DNA of 63,752 bases, counting the filler, from Octopus bimaculoides (lineage: Eukaryota), in assembly GCF_001194135.2 (NCBI RefSeq). It is 5 parts of 5 records of this genome, joined end to end, with 100 filler letters (N's around TTAATTAATTAA, not from the genome) between each part and the next. Parts side by side here need not be neighbours in the genome. Positions count along the whole stretch, not along the records: positions 1 to 12,427 come from NC_068992.1; positions 12,528 to 16,971 come from NC_068987.1; 3 more parts are not named here. One strand, 5' to 3'. Position 1 is the first letter of the stretch. The number at the start of each line of letters is the position of its first letter. This document shows, one piece after another, positions 1 through 13,335 of the stretch. Made by a program: the position numbers and the translations under genes. The notes below the pieces were generated by a model. It ran no database searches and was not told the origin of the DNA. It worked only from the letters and a program-made list of their open reading frames with translations.

Positions 1-55
1 TATATATATATATATGTATGTATGTATATGTAATTCTTTTATCTTATATCGATTC

Positions 56-428
56 TTTGTTTCAGTTATTTCATGCTGGGGAGCCGCCTTGAAATGTTTT
101 CATTTTTTCTCATCCTGGTATATATTGTATAGGTCTCTTTTCGCCAAACCGCTAAGTTACAGGGAATTTAACGAACAAATAGCGGTTGAGAACAAACACA
201 TACACAATGATGCACACACACACACACACACACAAACACACACATACACACATACACACACGCACATATATACGACAGGCTTGTTTCAGTTTCTGTCTTC
301 CAAATCGTCTCACAACGCTTTTGTTGGTCCGAGGCTATAGTAGAAGACACTTGCCCAAGGTGCTACGCAGTGAAACTGATCTAGGAACATGTTGTTGATA
401 AACAAGCTACTTACCACATAGCCACTCC
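56..428 (-). mobile_element. tRNA-derived SINE, family A (degraded)
   Basis: Same blocks (GCCAAACCGCTAAGTTAC, CCGAGGCTATAGTAGAAGACACTTGCCCAAGGTG, TTACCACATAGCCACTCC) recur at 14704-15153, 40372-40922 and 44449-44608. Confidence 0.8.
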
Positions 429-560
429 CATAAACAAAGTCCGTTTTGTTTCATGTCAACGTTTAAATTTCTAATATCCTGTATTCGGATATGCATCTAT
501 ATACACATGTAGATGTAGGTATGTACATATATGTATGTATACATGCATATGCTTATATAT

Positions 561-614
<54 letters not shown>

Positions 615-761
615 CATGTGCGTATGTATGTATGTATGTACGTATATATATAAGTATAAGGTGTGTCAGTTATACAACACGTATCCTATAAAAACTCATC
701 ATACAATTTAAGATAGATATGTTAAATGACTTATAATTTTTTTTTTAATTTTATAAAACTA

Positions 762-795
<34 letters not shown>

Positions 796-1649
796 CTGCG
801 TGTGTGCATGTATACATATATATATATATATATTCACATATCTACGTGTGTGTGTATGTATGTACATGAATACGTGCCTGTATGAAAATTGCGGCCGTAC
901 TTATAATTATTTCTGTATGCGTATATATAATCCTTGAAATATTAATACTGTATTTAATTGCAGTTATTACTGTGACGGAGTGCTGGTTAAGTGTGACCGT
1001 GTGCTCATGGATTAACATATGCATTATTTGAATGCTCAGTTAATTTCTCTTAATTGCCTTTCTATGTATATATTTACACAAACTCATATTGCTCTAAATG
1101 CATAAGGTAAATAGGTAATTTCATACATATTTATACACACACACACACAGATATATATATATATATATANNNNNNNNNNNNNNNNNNNNNNNNNNNNNNN
1201 NNNNNNNNNNNNNNNNNNNNNNNNNNNNNNNNNNNNNNNNNNNNNNNNNNNNNNNNNNNNNNNNNNNNNNNNNNNNNNNNNNNNNNNNNNNNNNNNNNNN
1301 NNNNNNNNNNNNNNNNNNNNNNNNNNNNNNNNNNNNNNNNNNNNNNNNNNNNNNNNNNNNNNNNNNNNNNNNNNNNNNNNNNNNNNNNNNNNNNNNNNNN
1401 NNNNNNNNNNNNNNNNNNNNNNNNNNNNNNNNNNNNNNNNNNNNNNNNNNNNNNNNNNNNNNNNNNNNNNNNNNNNNNNNNNNNNNNNNNNNNNNNNNNN
1501 NNNNNNNNNNNNNNNNNNNNNNNNNNNNNNNNNNNNNNNNNNNNNNNNNNNNNNNNNNNNNNNNNTATATATATATATATATATATATATATGGTGACTT
1601 TCTAAAACTCCAAAATGACCTGCATGCAAAATACCTCTGGGGTGATGAA

Positions 1650-2661
1650 AATAACATGCAGTTCAATGCTGAGAGGTTTCAAGCAATCCACTATCGGCCC
1701 ACATACAGACTAGAATCAGAATATACAGGAACTGTTGGTAGCAATCTCAGAGTTACAGTCGGTGTGTGACCTGGCATTTCACACGAGCAATTATGCAACA
1801 CTCTATGTTTCATATTAGCAAGTTGGCAACGATGTGCCACTGAGTAGCTAGAAAGACTGTTGTGAGATCATTCAGAACCAGAAAAGGGATGATACCATGT
1901 TACTTCTATTGAGAGAGCTTTCATTCTCTGTTGTCTGGATTAGTACATCCAACTGTAGTCACCGCAGCGATTCAAACTGGTGGCGGATATGCAGGCATTA
2001 TTCGCTACGCAAAGAAGATTGACTCGGTTCCTTTAGCTCCCCCACCTCCAGTAATGGGGGGGGGGGTAAAGAAACTGAATTGCAACTCCTTAGAGAGAAT
2101 GCAGTGATATACATATAGAATTTCAATCTCAATTGACAGATGGAAGCACACCGTGGCAGGATGCACAGAGAAAGACGGCCCCGTCTATCTCGCGAATTCA
2201 CCAAAACCAACACAGAAAAAATCCCAAACTCACTGAAAGAAGGCGCCTGGGCATGGCGTCAGCCTTTGGTTGAAACACATAAAATATTAAAGACTAAAGA
2301 TATCTTTCTGCATACAAAAATAATCCACTCAAAATACTTTTATCGTTCTAAGAGTATAGTAGAAAACACTTTAGACCACACAGTGGAACTCAGCCCAAAA
2401 CAATGTCCTTAAGAAGGAATCTCCTTATCAAATAGCCACGCCTGTATGAATATAAACGCTGCTTCTCCAAATGGAAACCTTACGTGTCATTCTACTTTTG
2501 AGGCTAGAAACAATAGAGGCCTTGCCGTCCAACCAAGAAAACTCATAGTAAATGATCCACAAGCTTTCAAATCAACTGAGTCCTCAACTTGTTCCATTTG
2601 CCAAAAGGTTTTCAAGGCACCAGCAGGCCTTGTGAGTTACATTCATGTCCATAGAACATGA
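1650..2661 (+). mobile_element. RTE-clade LINE, degraded 3' ORF2 fragment
   Basis: Broken frames give ALFATQRRL, QLTDGS...RPRL and a terminal C2H2-like finger CSICQKVFKAPAGLVSYIHVH, as in the C-terminus of RTE/BovB-type ORF2. Confidence 0.6.
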
Positions 2662-2836
2662 TCAACGCTTTATTTCATTGAAACCTTATCTGTCGTTCAC
2701 GACAAGAGAATCTATCATATATTTGCGTGTGTGTGTGTGTGTGGGTGTGCGCGCGCGCCTGTGTGTGTAATTGCATATTTTGTGTTTTTCTCTCAATGTA
2801 TATTTATATGTATATACAAATACATATATATACATG

Positions 2837-2873
<37 letters not shown>

Positions 2874-3501
2874 ATATATATATATATACACATGCATATA
2901 TATATACCAATACACATGCATATGTATATGTGTATGCGTTTGTGTGTGTGTTGTATGTTTATAAAAATGTGTTTGCATGTACGTAGGGCATAGTTTTGTA
3001 TAGGGTGCGTTAACGTATTTTATTACCCTCATTTAGTGATTTATTATGATTTAGCTGTTTCAGTTTTTTATGTGTCGCCCTGTGGTTGCAATTGATATAA
3101 TTTAATTAGGTTCTTATATATATATATCCAGTCTTACTTTATAAAATTAGTCTATTTGTGTTAGCACATCGAAGCTAGAACAACATGTGGAAGACTGAAT
3201 CAAGAAATTCACTGATTATTTTGTGCTTTGCCTCGCTTATACATGTCGCTAGTAAGTAACACATTCGTTATCTCTACATGAGTTTCTTGTTATTACAGCC
3301 AATGATATTTCTGTTGTTGCTGTCGTTGTTGTTGGTGTTGTTGTTGATTACATAACGGTGGCGGCAAGGTAATGGTGATGGTGGTGGTGCTGCGACTATT
3401 GCTGTCTTGTTTTTGTTTCTTCTTTTTTTTTGGCTTTTTGGGGATTTCCGTTATTTCTTTGCTTCCCTCCTTCCTCATCTCCACTTTCTTCATCATCTCC
3501 A

Positions 3502-3622
3502 TCTTCTTCTTTTTCTTCTTCTTTTTCTTCTTCTTTTTCTTCTTCTTCTTCTTCCTTTTCTTCTTCTTCTTCTTCTTCATTTTCTTCTTCTTCTTCTTCT
3601 TTTTCTTCTTCTTCTTCTTCTT
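3502..3622. repeat. (TTC)n/(TTTTTC) simple repeat
   Basis: Direct inspection; source of the poly-F/poly-K/poly-E pseudo-ORFs in the track. Confidence 0.95.
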
Positions 3623-3729
3623 CCACCAACCTTACTACTTCTGCCTTCACTATCACCATCACCATCTTCACTGAAACGAGGCCTTTATTTATTTTTTTTC
3701 TGCTGTGACACAGAAGCTATTATTTATTA

Positions 3730-3970
3730 ATGTTACCGTGTCGTCAAAACTGACGCCAGATATGTATATCTTAATTAAAAGTATTGAATATGATTATAAA
3801 ATAAAATGAAATTATAATCGATTCGTTAATGGTCATTGTACGTACCGTAGTAGCAGGAAATTGATGTCTGTTGTAAAGGGAGATTCATATCACTGCGGTT
3901 TAAATTTAATCTTGGGATGGATATCATCTCCCCTTTCTTACTGTCCATCAGTATTTGCCCATATAACGAA
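3730..3970 (-). pseudogene. Helitron RepHel PIF1-helicase relic
   Basis: Minus strand reads GQILMDSKKGEMISIPRLNLNRSDMNLP, then after a frameshift RHQFPATTVRTMTINES. This matches the Helitron/PIF1 segment GExVxIPRIxLxPSD..PF..RRQFP..LAFAMTINKS. Confidence 0.72.
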
Positions 3971-4901
3971 GAGTATTCAGTACGTATACATACATATTCA
4001 CATATGATAAAAACACATATACTGAAACATATTTTTTGAAAACAGCACTTCATATAATTATATAAAACGTGCTTACGCAAACACTGATTATACACACTCG
4101 CATACAATTGCAAAGAATAAAGATATACATTACACATACACACACGCACGCTCACTCCCTTTTATAAGCATGCACACACATACAACCACAAAGACACATA
4201 AATACATACATACTTACTTGCATACGTACATACATACATACATTCATACATACTTACTTGCATACGTACATACATACATTCATACATACGTACATGCGTA
4301 TATATATTCTTAAAGTTATCTTTTACAGAAACTATAGTCAGCACTGATGATTTGCTACAATGTTTCGTATCTAGACCTCAGATGTAAACATCAATGCTGG
4401 CTATGACTTCTGAGGAAAATTCTTAGCAAAATAATATTATAATTACTGTTAACGGAATACGACGTGGCGTTGACTTATAAAAAAACATTTAATGTACTTT
4501 AGATTATGATATGTTTGCATAACGAAATACCACGTACCGACGAACAAGTCATTAATGTATACATACATATGTATATGTATTTATATACTCGTCTATTTTA
4601 GTTAGGACAAAAGCCTCATAACGTTATGTTAAAAGCTCCTATGTTTCTTGGTGTCAGTTACCACCTCTTAATTCCATTTCCCAATGTAATCCAATGGTAT
4701 GGCTGGCAGAAATTTGCTTATACAATAACTGTGGAAGACTCCGAACTGGAAATTGAGCTAAGAAAATATTCAAAATTCATAATTTCTAAGAGTAATCTCA
4801 AGCAATGAAATACGAAAGAAGATGTGGGTTGTAGGAACATAGAAACAAGTTGTGATGCATTAATAAAACCTATAGATTTCTATCCGTATCTCATCTTTTC
4901 G

Positions 4902-4939
<38 letters not shown>

Positions 4940-4944
4940 ATACA

Positions 4945-5125
4945 AATAATAAATGAGTATATGCATATATACGTACATTTATGTACATACCTACATCTAC
5001 ATGTATATATAGATGCACATCTGGGTATAGGACGTTGCAAAAAAACATGGACAAAATGACAGAGTACAGAAAACAAACAGGCCACATAGAGAACATTTCC
5101 TTCATCAGCTGCCACCATTCTAAGA
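4945..5125 (+). repeat. Unclassified interspersed repeat (three copies in window)
   Basis: GCACATCTGGGTATAGGACGTTGCAA...GCCACATAGAGAACATT.CCTTCATCAGC recurs at 24760-24930; its left part recurs in reverse at about 478-545. Confidence 0.7.
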
Positions 5126-5133
5126 CTAAGCGT

Positions 5134-5164
<31 letters not shown>

Positions 5165-5989
5165 ATATTTGTGTATGTATGTATGTATGTATGTATGTAT
5201 GTATGTGTAATATTAATGTGAGGTTAGGGGTTTGTATTAATCGGGCGGATACTACGGTATCTCTAAGGTATGTCCCACAATACGGCTGACTGCATCGATT
5301 AGTATATAACTGTACGACTACTAGGAGTTGTCACTCACGTTCTAAGACCCTCCGATGGATAATTCTTTGTTTTCTTCACTGGATGGTAATATTAACTGGA
5401 GTATATATTTGAAACCTCTGTCGTTCTATGTATGCGTTTGCAGCCCCACCCCTACAGACACACACACACACACACACATATATATATGTATGTGTGTATG
5501 TATGTATTTATACATGTCTATGTACAATATATATATGACCATATATATGTATATATGCACACGTATACATACATATATACATATGTATTTGTGTGTGAGT
5601 ATGCATGTATGATTGCATAAATGTATGTAACGAAATATAATGCATACTCACACATATGTACTCAAATATTACATGTTTGAAAACATTCTTTTCTCAGCCT
5701 TCATACACTTATGGACACACCTGCAAAGACTACATCGATCAAGTCTCTGTAATATCATGATAATTATCTTGAAAAGAATCGAAATTTCGCCCAACATTGT
5801 TACGTTTCTATAAAATAGTCATATAGATGGTTTCATGTGATAAAAGATGTTTAAACAAAGGACATGTCTCTCAGGATTTTCTGTGAAGTAGAATTACATT
5901 GCAGAAAACGCAATGCAATCGTAAAATCTTGGGTTACGCATTATATAGAAAGATAAACAAATAAAAACTTTTCAAGTGCATGTGCGTAT

Positions 5990-6640
5990 GTTTTCCCAAG
6001 TGTGTAGCTCATGATATTGCTACCCTTGTAGGAGTTTCTTGCCGTGATGTATGCTCGTCTGGGATCTGGGACAACGGAAGATCAAACTGTCTCGTGGAGA
6101 GATGTACCCCAATTCCATGCCGATCTCACACGGAATTTTGCGTAAGATTTTAAATTGTTGTGGACATTTGAATCACATGCTATCTACCTGACCCTTACAT
6201 TATACAGGATGGATAGATATTTTGGAAGTTTGCAGTGGTGACGTTTTCGATAAATAGCATAATTATCGATGCTATGATTTCTTTCAGCCTCTCTGAGAAC
6301 TTCCGTATGCATGTCACATCAAATCTTTCTCAGATTCGCTCAAGGGAATAGATTCCCAATTTTCACAGTCTCTTCCAATACATCAGGTATTTCATCGATA
6401 GAGCATTCTTGGTGTTCTGGGATTCGTATAACTCTCGATGCCAAAGCTTGTTGCCAGCTACTCTGGGATCTTTCACATGTATATCATTGCATATCTCACT
6501 CACCTTGCTCCAAGGATCAGGCTCGCAGTTTTAAGTCTCTTCCAGTAGCCCAAATATTTCATTGATGCAGTGTCTTCTTGGTGTTTGCACGACTAGACTG
6601 TCTCGAGCTCTGCTATTAAATCAACACTGAGGGGTGACCA
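5990..6640 (-). mobile_element. CR1/L2-type LINE, 3' ORF2 relic
   Basis: Minus frames give DPWSKVSEI...KYLMYWKRL*KLGIYSLERI*ER and LSQIPDE, resembling the CR1-type C-terminal WSP...Y.ERL..L.LYSLERRRER and PDEP motifs. Confidence 0.6.
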
Positions 6641-7570
6641 TAGTTGAGGATAAATGCTCTATCTATCTATACACACAGACACGGGAACATGTTCTTGTGT
6701 GTTTGTTTGTGTATGTGTGTGTGTATGGATGTGTGTGTATACATATACATTCATATATATATATATTACATTTAGTTCAATGTGATCGACTTTACACAAA
6801 CCCAAGACAAAGATCTGGTTTCTCAACATTTCCAATGGTTCCATAATTAATCAAAATTATATTTTTTGTAGATGTTTGTTTAAATTTTTACTTCATTGTA
6901 TTATATTTCCATGTCTTTATATCGAATGTGTGCATTGTCTGCCTAGCATATTCCAATTATTTTTTAGTATTGTTTTCTTATGGTTTTCATATTGTTATTA
7001 TATTGTGACTTCTCGATCCCTTGTTGCCGTAGAGCAACTAACGTTCATGAAATCATTTGTTAAAAACAATTTACAGGAATATATTTTTAAGAAATATATT
7101 TTGTCGGTTAGTGTGTTAGCTTTTCTGTCAATGCGTAGCAGTGTGTGCGTTGTACGCATGTCTATGTATGTATTTATGCAAGTATGTGTATTGTGTGTAT
7201 GTCAGTGGTTGCTTGTGCGTGACCACTGAGCATGCGCATAGGTATCAGATAAGCTGTGTTCTTCTATTCACATATTCGTTTCGGGAGATTCGTATGGGGA
7301 TCATTTCTTCTTCATAACCTTCCACCTTCACAATCTTCATTCTGTTCTAAATATTGTTTTCGCTCATGTAGTAGTTGTTGTTGTTGCTATTGTTCTGCTT
7401 CTCCTTCTTCCTTTTCTTCTTCTTCCTCGTCTTCCTTTTCTTCTTCTTCTTATTATTATTTTAATTATCAACACAATTCACCATCATCACCATCATCATC
7501 ATCATCATGACAAGTACCACTGCCACAACACCACCAAAAAATCACCGCCATCAAAAACCAACACCCTTGC

Positions 7571-7629
<59 letters not shown>

Positions 7630-9050
7630 ATCATCATCATCATCATCAGTAATTAATATCTCCATAGTTTCCAACCTTTGCTCAAACCTCTAGTATAAAT
7701 TAATAGCCATTTCCGACCCTCCAGCAAACTCCTAACCCCAACATATACATTCACAAAGTAACCACCAACGCTAACAACAGCAACAACAACAACAACAATA
7801 GCGCAACACCGCCAACAACTACATAAAGAATCGCAATAGGAACACTATCATGACGAACACGACTAAAGTCTCCAAGACGTTCATTTTATATTAGGTGTTA
7901 TCAAGAGGATACACATTAACATCACCTAACAACGAAAACACCACGAATGCCATAATCATTATCCTCATTATCACAACAACCACCACCGGTGCCAACGCCC
8001 TCCTCAGCCGTTTTTCCTGCTCATCATCATTCACCCACACCCATCTTCACCATCATCGCTGCTATTCTTTAAAACCGTAGCCATTATCACCAGGACCGAA
8101 TAGTTAGCGCTTTCTCCTTCGTTTCCTTTTTGTTTTTGAGGTCACAAAAAGTTCATCCCACTCTAATTTTAACTAACACAGATGCATTGTCGTTTTACAT
8201 TAGATTCTCTCAAATTGTATTACTTTATACTATACACAGTTATATTTATAAAATCTTATATATTTATATAACAGTGTATGCTGTATTTTAATATATTACA
8301 CTTGGGCAATCAGCTCGCAGAATCGTTATCATTCCAGATAAAATGTTTAGCAGACACTTCTCCTGGCATAACTTTCTGAGTTCTAGTCTCACCGAGGTTA
8401 TCTTAGTCTTTCAATGTTTTGGGATCGATAAAATTAAAGTCAATTGAGCACTAGGGCGGATGTTATCAACGAGAACCTACCTACGAAAAACTTTAGGCCT
8501 TCAGCCATTATTAGAAAGAATAATATATTAGACTAATGTATTAGACTTTCAGAGTTCAAATGCCGCTGGGTAAGACGTCGTCCTTCATTCTTTTGGGGTC
8601 GATTAAATAAGTACCGGTTGAGTGCTAGGGTCGATGTAATCGACTTCGACTTACCTTCTCCTCCAAATTTGCTGGTCTTGTTCCAAAGTTTGATATCAAC
8701 AATAAATTAGACTTGAAAGACTATGTGCATCAGGTTCGATTTGGTTCTTAACTGGTAATTTATCAGGCCCTGCTCAACTTAGTGAGAAAAGGAAACGCAT
8801 GTGTACCAAATATATTAAAATTGAATCTCTAAAGTGACAGAAGAGTTTCTCATAAAGCAGAACTATATTTAACAGAAAGCAGAACTATAGTTCTTTGAAC
8901 AAAAGAAGACTTACCTAACTGATTAACCGAATGCAATTTGGAAATATCAGATTTTAAACTTTGTACGTACGCTGACAACATCGTTTTTGTTACTGCTGTT
9001 TCGCTGACTGACGGATTGCTGATGTGTAGAGTCAATACAGCTTATATCTC

Positions 9051-9290
9051 AGGGTCGCAAGCTGGTAGAATCGTTAGCACGCCGGGCGAAATGCCTAGCG
9101 GTATTTCGTATGCCGTTACGTTCTGTGTTGAAATTCCGCCAAGGTCGACTATTCCTTTCATCCCCTCGAGGTCGATTAAATAAGTACCAGTTACGCACTA
9201 GGGTCGATGTTATCGACTTGATCCCCTTGTCTGTCATTGTTTGTGTCCTCTGTATTTAGCCCCTTGAGGACAATAAAGAAATAAATATAA
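9051..9290 (+). mobile_element. tRNA-derived SINE, family B
   Basis: A-box-like TGGTAGAATCGTTAGC, B-box-like GTTGAAATTCC and body AAGTACCAGTTACGCACTAGGGTCGATG; near-complete homologue in reverse at 43564-43796. Confidence 0.85.
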
Positions 9291-9654
9291 CATATATGGA
9301 AAGGCGACAATAATAAGAAATTAATGCCCAACTGAGAGAGAGAGAGAAAGTAATTGATAGAGAAATGGCTTTGGACTAAAGTCACCCTCGGTGAAGAAAT
9401 TTGGGTGGGAGTGTCTCTGTCTTTTTGCAAATAAAAATTTACGAATGTGGCGTATGTCATATCTTACTAAGTATTTATTAATGTTAGGTTTCATATTTTA
9501 ACGGGTCATTTTCATTTGAGTTCACTTTTATAAACATTCATCAGGAAACCTAATTTAGTTCATAGCATACGGTCCCACACGATTTAATTCAAGTTTTCGT
9601 TAAAATTACATTATATGCTTTTCGGTGCTTGATTAAATAATTGTACTCTAAAAA

Positions 9655-9815
9655 ACAACAATGATGATGATAATGATGATGATGAGGAGGAGAAGGAGGA
9701 GGGGAAGAATGACGTGGAGGAAGAGGAGGAGGACGACGACGACGAAGAGGAGGGAGAGAGGAATAAGGAGGATGGAACAGCAACTACCACTACTACTACT
9801 GCTACTACTACTACG

Positions 9816-9889
<74 letters not shown>

Positions 9890-9946
9890 TAATAATAATA
9901 ATATGAGGTACAACAATAACAAGAATGATACTAATAAAGATGATGG

Positions 9947-10022
<76 letters not shown>
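9655..10022. repeat. Compound trinucleotide array (GAT/GAG/ACT/AAT/GAT)
   Basis: Direct inspection. Confidence 0.95.
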
Positions 10023-10023
<1 letters not shown>

Positions 10024-11000
10024 AAATAACGTTTTGTACATAAGAAGGAGATCGATAACTGAGTCATTGTGTAAACACTTTATGTAATGTGTTGACAAAT
10101 AAAGCACAATGATTAATGTGTACAGTCAACACACTCAAACTGTGATGTGTTTGTTTAGTAAAGACGTCGAGTGATGCTTGCAAATGCTGGCGTGAACATT
10201 TCGATTGTAAATGCCGAGAGTAAATGTTTTAGCGAATGTATAATACAGGAACGTTTACATTGAGTGACCCGATATTTAATGAAATAAAATGATACATAGT
10301 TCAGCCCTTCCCTCTCTTCACAAAAAAAGTTATTTGTATTTTTGTTTTTTTCTTTCGCTGCTTATTATTATATTTATTTTTTTTTAGTTTAGTGTTTCAC
10401 ACACTTGTTAATGAAGTAAAAAGAAAATTTTAAAAAAAGAAAGAAATAATACGCATGATGATTACGAATTTATTTTCTCATAATCATTTCTAACGTAGAA
10501 TGAAGATCATACGCTGTGAAAAAAGTTCAATATAAATGGGCTGAATTTGTGACTTGTTTCATATATTGTTTTCGTTGTTAAGCCTTAGTTGAATGCTCCC
10601 TCAAGAATGAAACATAAAAGGTGGTCTTAACCGGATTTGGAATTAGAATATGATGCGTTGAAATGAAATAATGAATAATATTTGGCTCAGACCTTCACAG
10701 ATACATTAATATCAGACGTAGGACTGGGTGGCTCTGAGGAGATAATCTTATAACCCAGAGGTTATTATGTAAACTAACTCATATTTAGATTACAATGTTA
10801 TAATTTTATATTGTCATGGAGTATACAGAGATAAAGCTGTTTATTTACATTGAGAATAATGAAATGAGACATCTACAACACGTACAAATTAACAATCTTT
10901 CGTCCATAACAGACAAAATTTATTTTCTGTTAGTTGTACGTAGAAACGAAAGTTTGATGCAATTTGTTATGTGTGAACTTCACAACAAGCTCAATGTGAG

Positions 11001-11090
11001 CTCTGATTGGTTGTATGCAAATGAGTTCATTACTGGGGTCCGGAAGTTTTGTGGGGAAAAAATTTCGCTGCCCGGGCAGCATCCAGTCGT
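11001..11090 (+). promoter_or_regulatory. Candidate promoter cluster (CCAAT, octamer, ETS, palindrome, Inr-like)
   Basis: ATTGG 11006-11010, ATGCAAAT 11015-11022, CCGGAAGT 11040-11047, perfect 14-bp palindrome GCTGCCCGGGCAGC 11067-11080 and CCAGTC 11083-11088, inside a roughly 2 kb repeat-poor island. Confidence 0.4.
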
Positions 11091-12471
11091 GTCACTTTCT
11101 TCAATTTAGTAGTATAGAAGCATTTTTTCTTGCTGCTTAAGAAAGGATTTACTCGATAACTACCACAGCGGGTAATGACAATAACTGAAGTTATCGACTT
11201 ATAAGATGACAGATTATCTAAATTTAGAACGGATTAAAGTTTAAATCATTGAGAAAAATGACATATATTACATGTTGTCTTGCCATACCCTGAGAAATAT
11301 TTTATCGACTCAGTATAAATTAATCCGTAAAATTTCCTACAGCAATTTCGTATTGAAAGAAAGGGTGGGTGTAGCGTTTCGTTATTATATTAATTTATAC
11401 AACATAAGGTAAAAATAAAAAGGAAATTGATAACAAAATAGTATTGATAAAATAATGATGTAATTTGAAACGAACTTTTTATTCTTATAAAGCACGAATG
11501 AAAATATAACTATATCGAACTAGAGAAAGCTGGGAATTGAAATGAGTAAAGTTATAACTTCAACGGTGGTTTTTAGAATCCTAATTTCAGTGTGTCATGA
11601 TTATCCCTCACCTAAAAATTCTATGGAGTTATTTCAACAACTCTGCGCTACATGATTTTACAAAAGATATCTAATACATTTTGTTTTCCTATTATCATTT
11701 ATATTATACGAACAATTCAATTAATAGCACAAGTTTTCTTTTAACATTCGCATACTTTTCGTTTGAAAAAATATATATTTAGTATTTGAACTGGAGAAGG
11801 AAAATGGGGAAATGCCAGATTCAACAGACAATACCAGATGTATGTGCCGCGTTTGGTTCGGATCTTATAATTTTCTTGTGGGATTGATTTCCATGGGATC
11901 GACTTTGCATTTTATTCTTGCAAAGTAGACAAAGTAGAGTGTAAGTCAAGTGCTAGAAATGATACCCCCCTCTATTGTGTGTATGTGTGTTGTAATAAAG
12001 AAGTCAAACGAAATAATGCGTGCATCAAATAATGATATTTTGTAAGCATTTAGAACGTTCGTTTCTGATCTGCATGATATAAAATAAGAAATATATCTCT
12101 TACGCAGGATGAAAAAGGACAGTCTTGCGTAAGGGATGTAATTTCTGCAAACATTATACAGTTATGAAACGTACGTATTAATTGATTTCAGAATATGATT
12201 GTTTGCTTTGACTTTATTACTACAAGTTATGGGACCTGATGCCAGTACAAGCTAGTCTTTCCTGACACCACTTATGAAGATATTCTAGCAATGGTCTGAA
12301 GTTGCCTCTTGCTTCTGGCTGTACTAAAAAAATCCTAGTAGCGTGAATCGGTTCTAAGAACGGTAACCTTCGTTCTACATATATATAATATATGTACGTA
12401 TGTATATATATATATATATATATATATNNNNNNNNNNNNNNNNNNNNNNNNNNNNNNNNNNNNNNNNNNNN

Positions 12472-12483
12472 TTAATTAATTAA
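12472..12483. other. Assembly linker TTAATTAATTAA centred in a 100-bp gap (also 17016-17027, 44653-44664, 60768-60779)
   Basis: Each copy has exactly 44 N on both sides; the 12-mer is palindromic and gives a stop codon in all six frames. Confidence 0.95.
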
Positions 12484-12527
12484 NNNNNNNNNNNNNNNNN
12501 NNNNNNNNNNNNNNNNNNNNNNNNNNN

Positions 12528-12559
<32 letters not shown>

Positions 12560-12599
12560 CACACACACACACATATGGCTTGGAATTAACTAAAGATAA

Positions 12600-13335
12600 A
12601 CTTCGTACAGATGGTACTCAAACCCTATCCAGCCTAAATTTCTATAGGTCGACTGGAAGTCATTTGAAAAACAGATACTCCAGCAGCAGTGGTCTAAAAT
12701 CCTCTCTATGCAAGACATAGATATGAAACTGAATACATTTATGTCAATAACGCGAGCCTTATGCATTAAATATGTCCCAGAAAATGGAGCCAATACATGC
12801 AAAAGCATCATTCCCCAAAGCAGGAGAATACTCATGTGGAGAAGAATAAAGGTCTCGAATTGTTCAAGCAAGCACCTTAATGACAGAGTGAAATCCAATC
12901 TGACAGAGGAACTCTTTGAGATAGAAAATAAACCCAAAATCTCCCATGAAAGAGAAAGAGAAGCAAGAGAAACCTGGGCAGTCGAAAAATATAAAAAGAA
13001 ATCCTAAAGCCTTCTACATGTTGGCAAAGGAGTCTGCCTCAGTACGCTATAAGATACGGCCACTATTTGGTAAAAACAGCTCACTAACTGGAGACCTGGT
13101 GAAGATAAGTGAAGCAGTAAATAAACAATTCCGAAGTATTCTCACTTCTCCACTGGAAAATATGCAAATAAACAAGCTGAAGCAGTTTCCCAATATAATG
13201 AATCTATTCAGAAAAGAGGTAACCCTCGATTATATCAAGATAACAGAAAAGGATGTAATATTGGCCATTGATGAGATGAGATCAAACTCAGCAACAGGCC
13301 CAGATGGATTCCAGGCTGTTCTCTTAAAATCATGA
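12600..13335 (+). mobile_element. CR1/L2-type LINE ORF2 fragment (between endonuclease and RT)
   Basis: NFYRS.WKSFEKQIL..W, KYVP, KRNPKAFY, ITEKDVILAIDEMRSNSATGPDGF are typical pre-RT motifs; frameshifted and truncated. Confidence 0.8.

Noticed and set aside
8900-8995. DLPN...KLCTYADNIVF as a reverse transcriptase YADD relic
   Set aside because: Too short and degenerate to call without a search.
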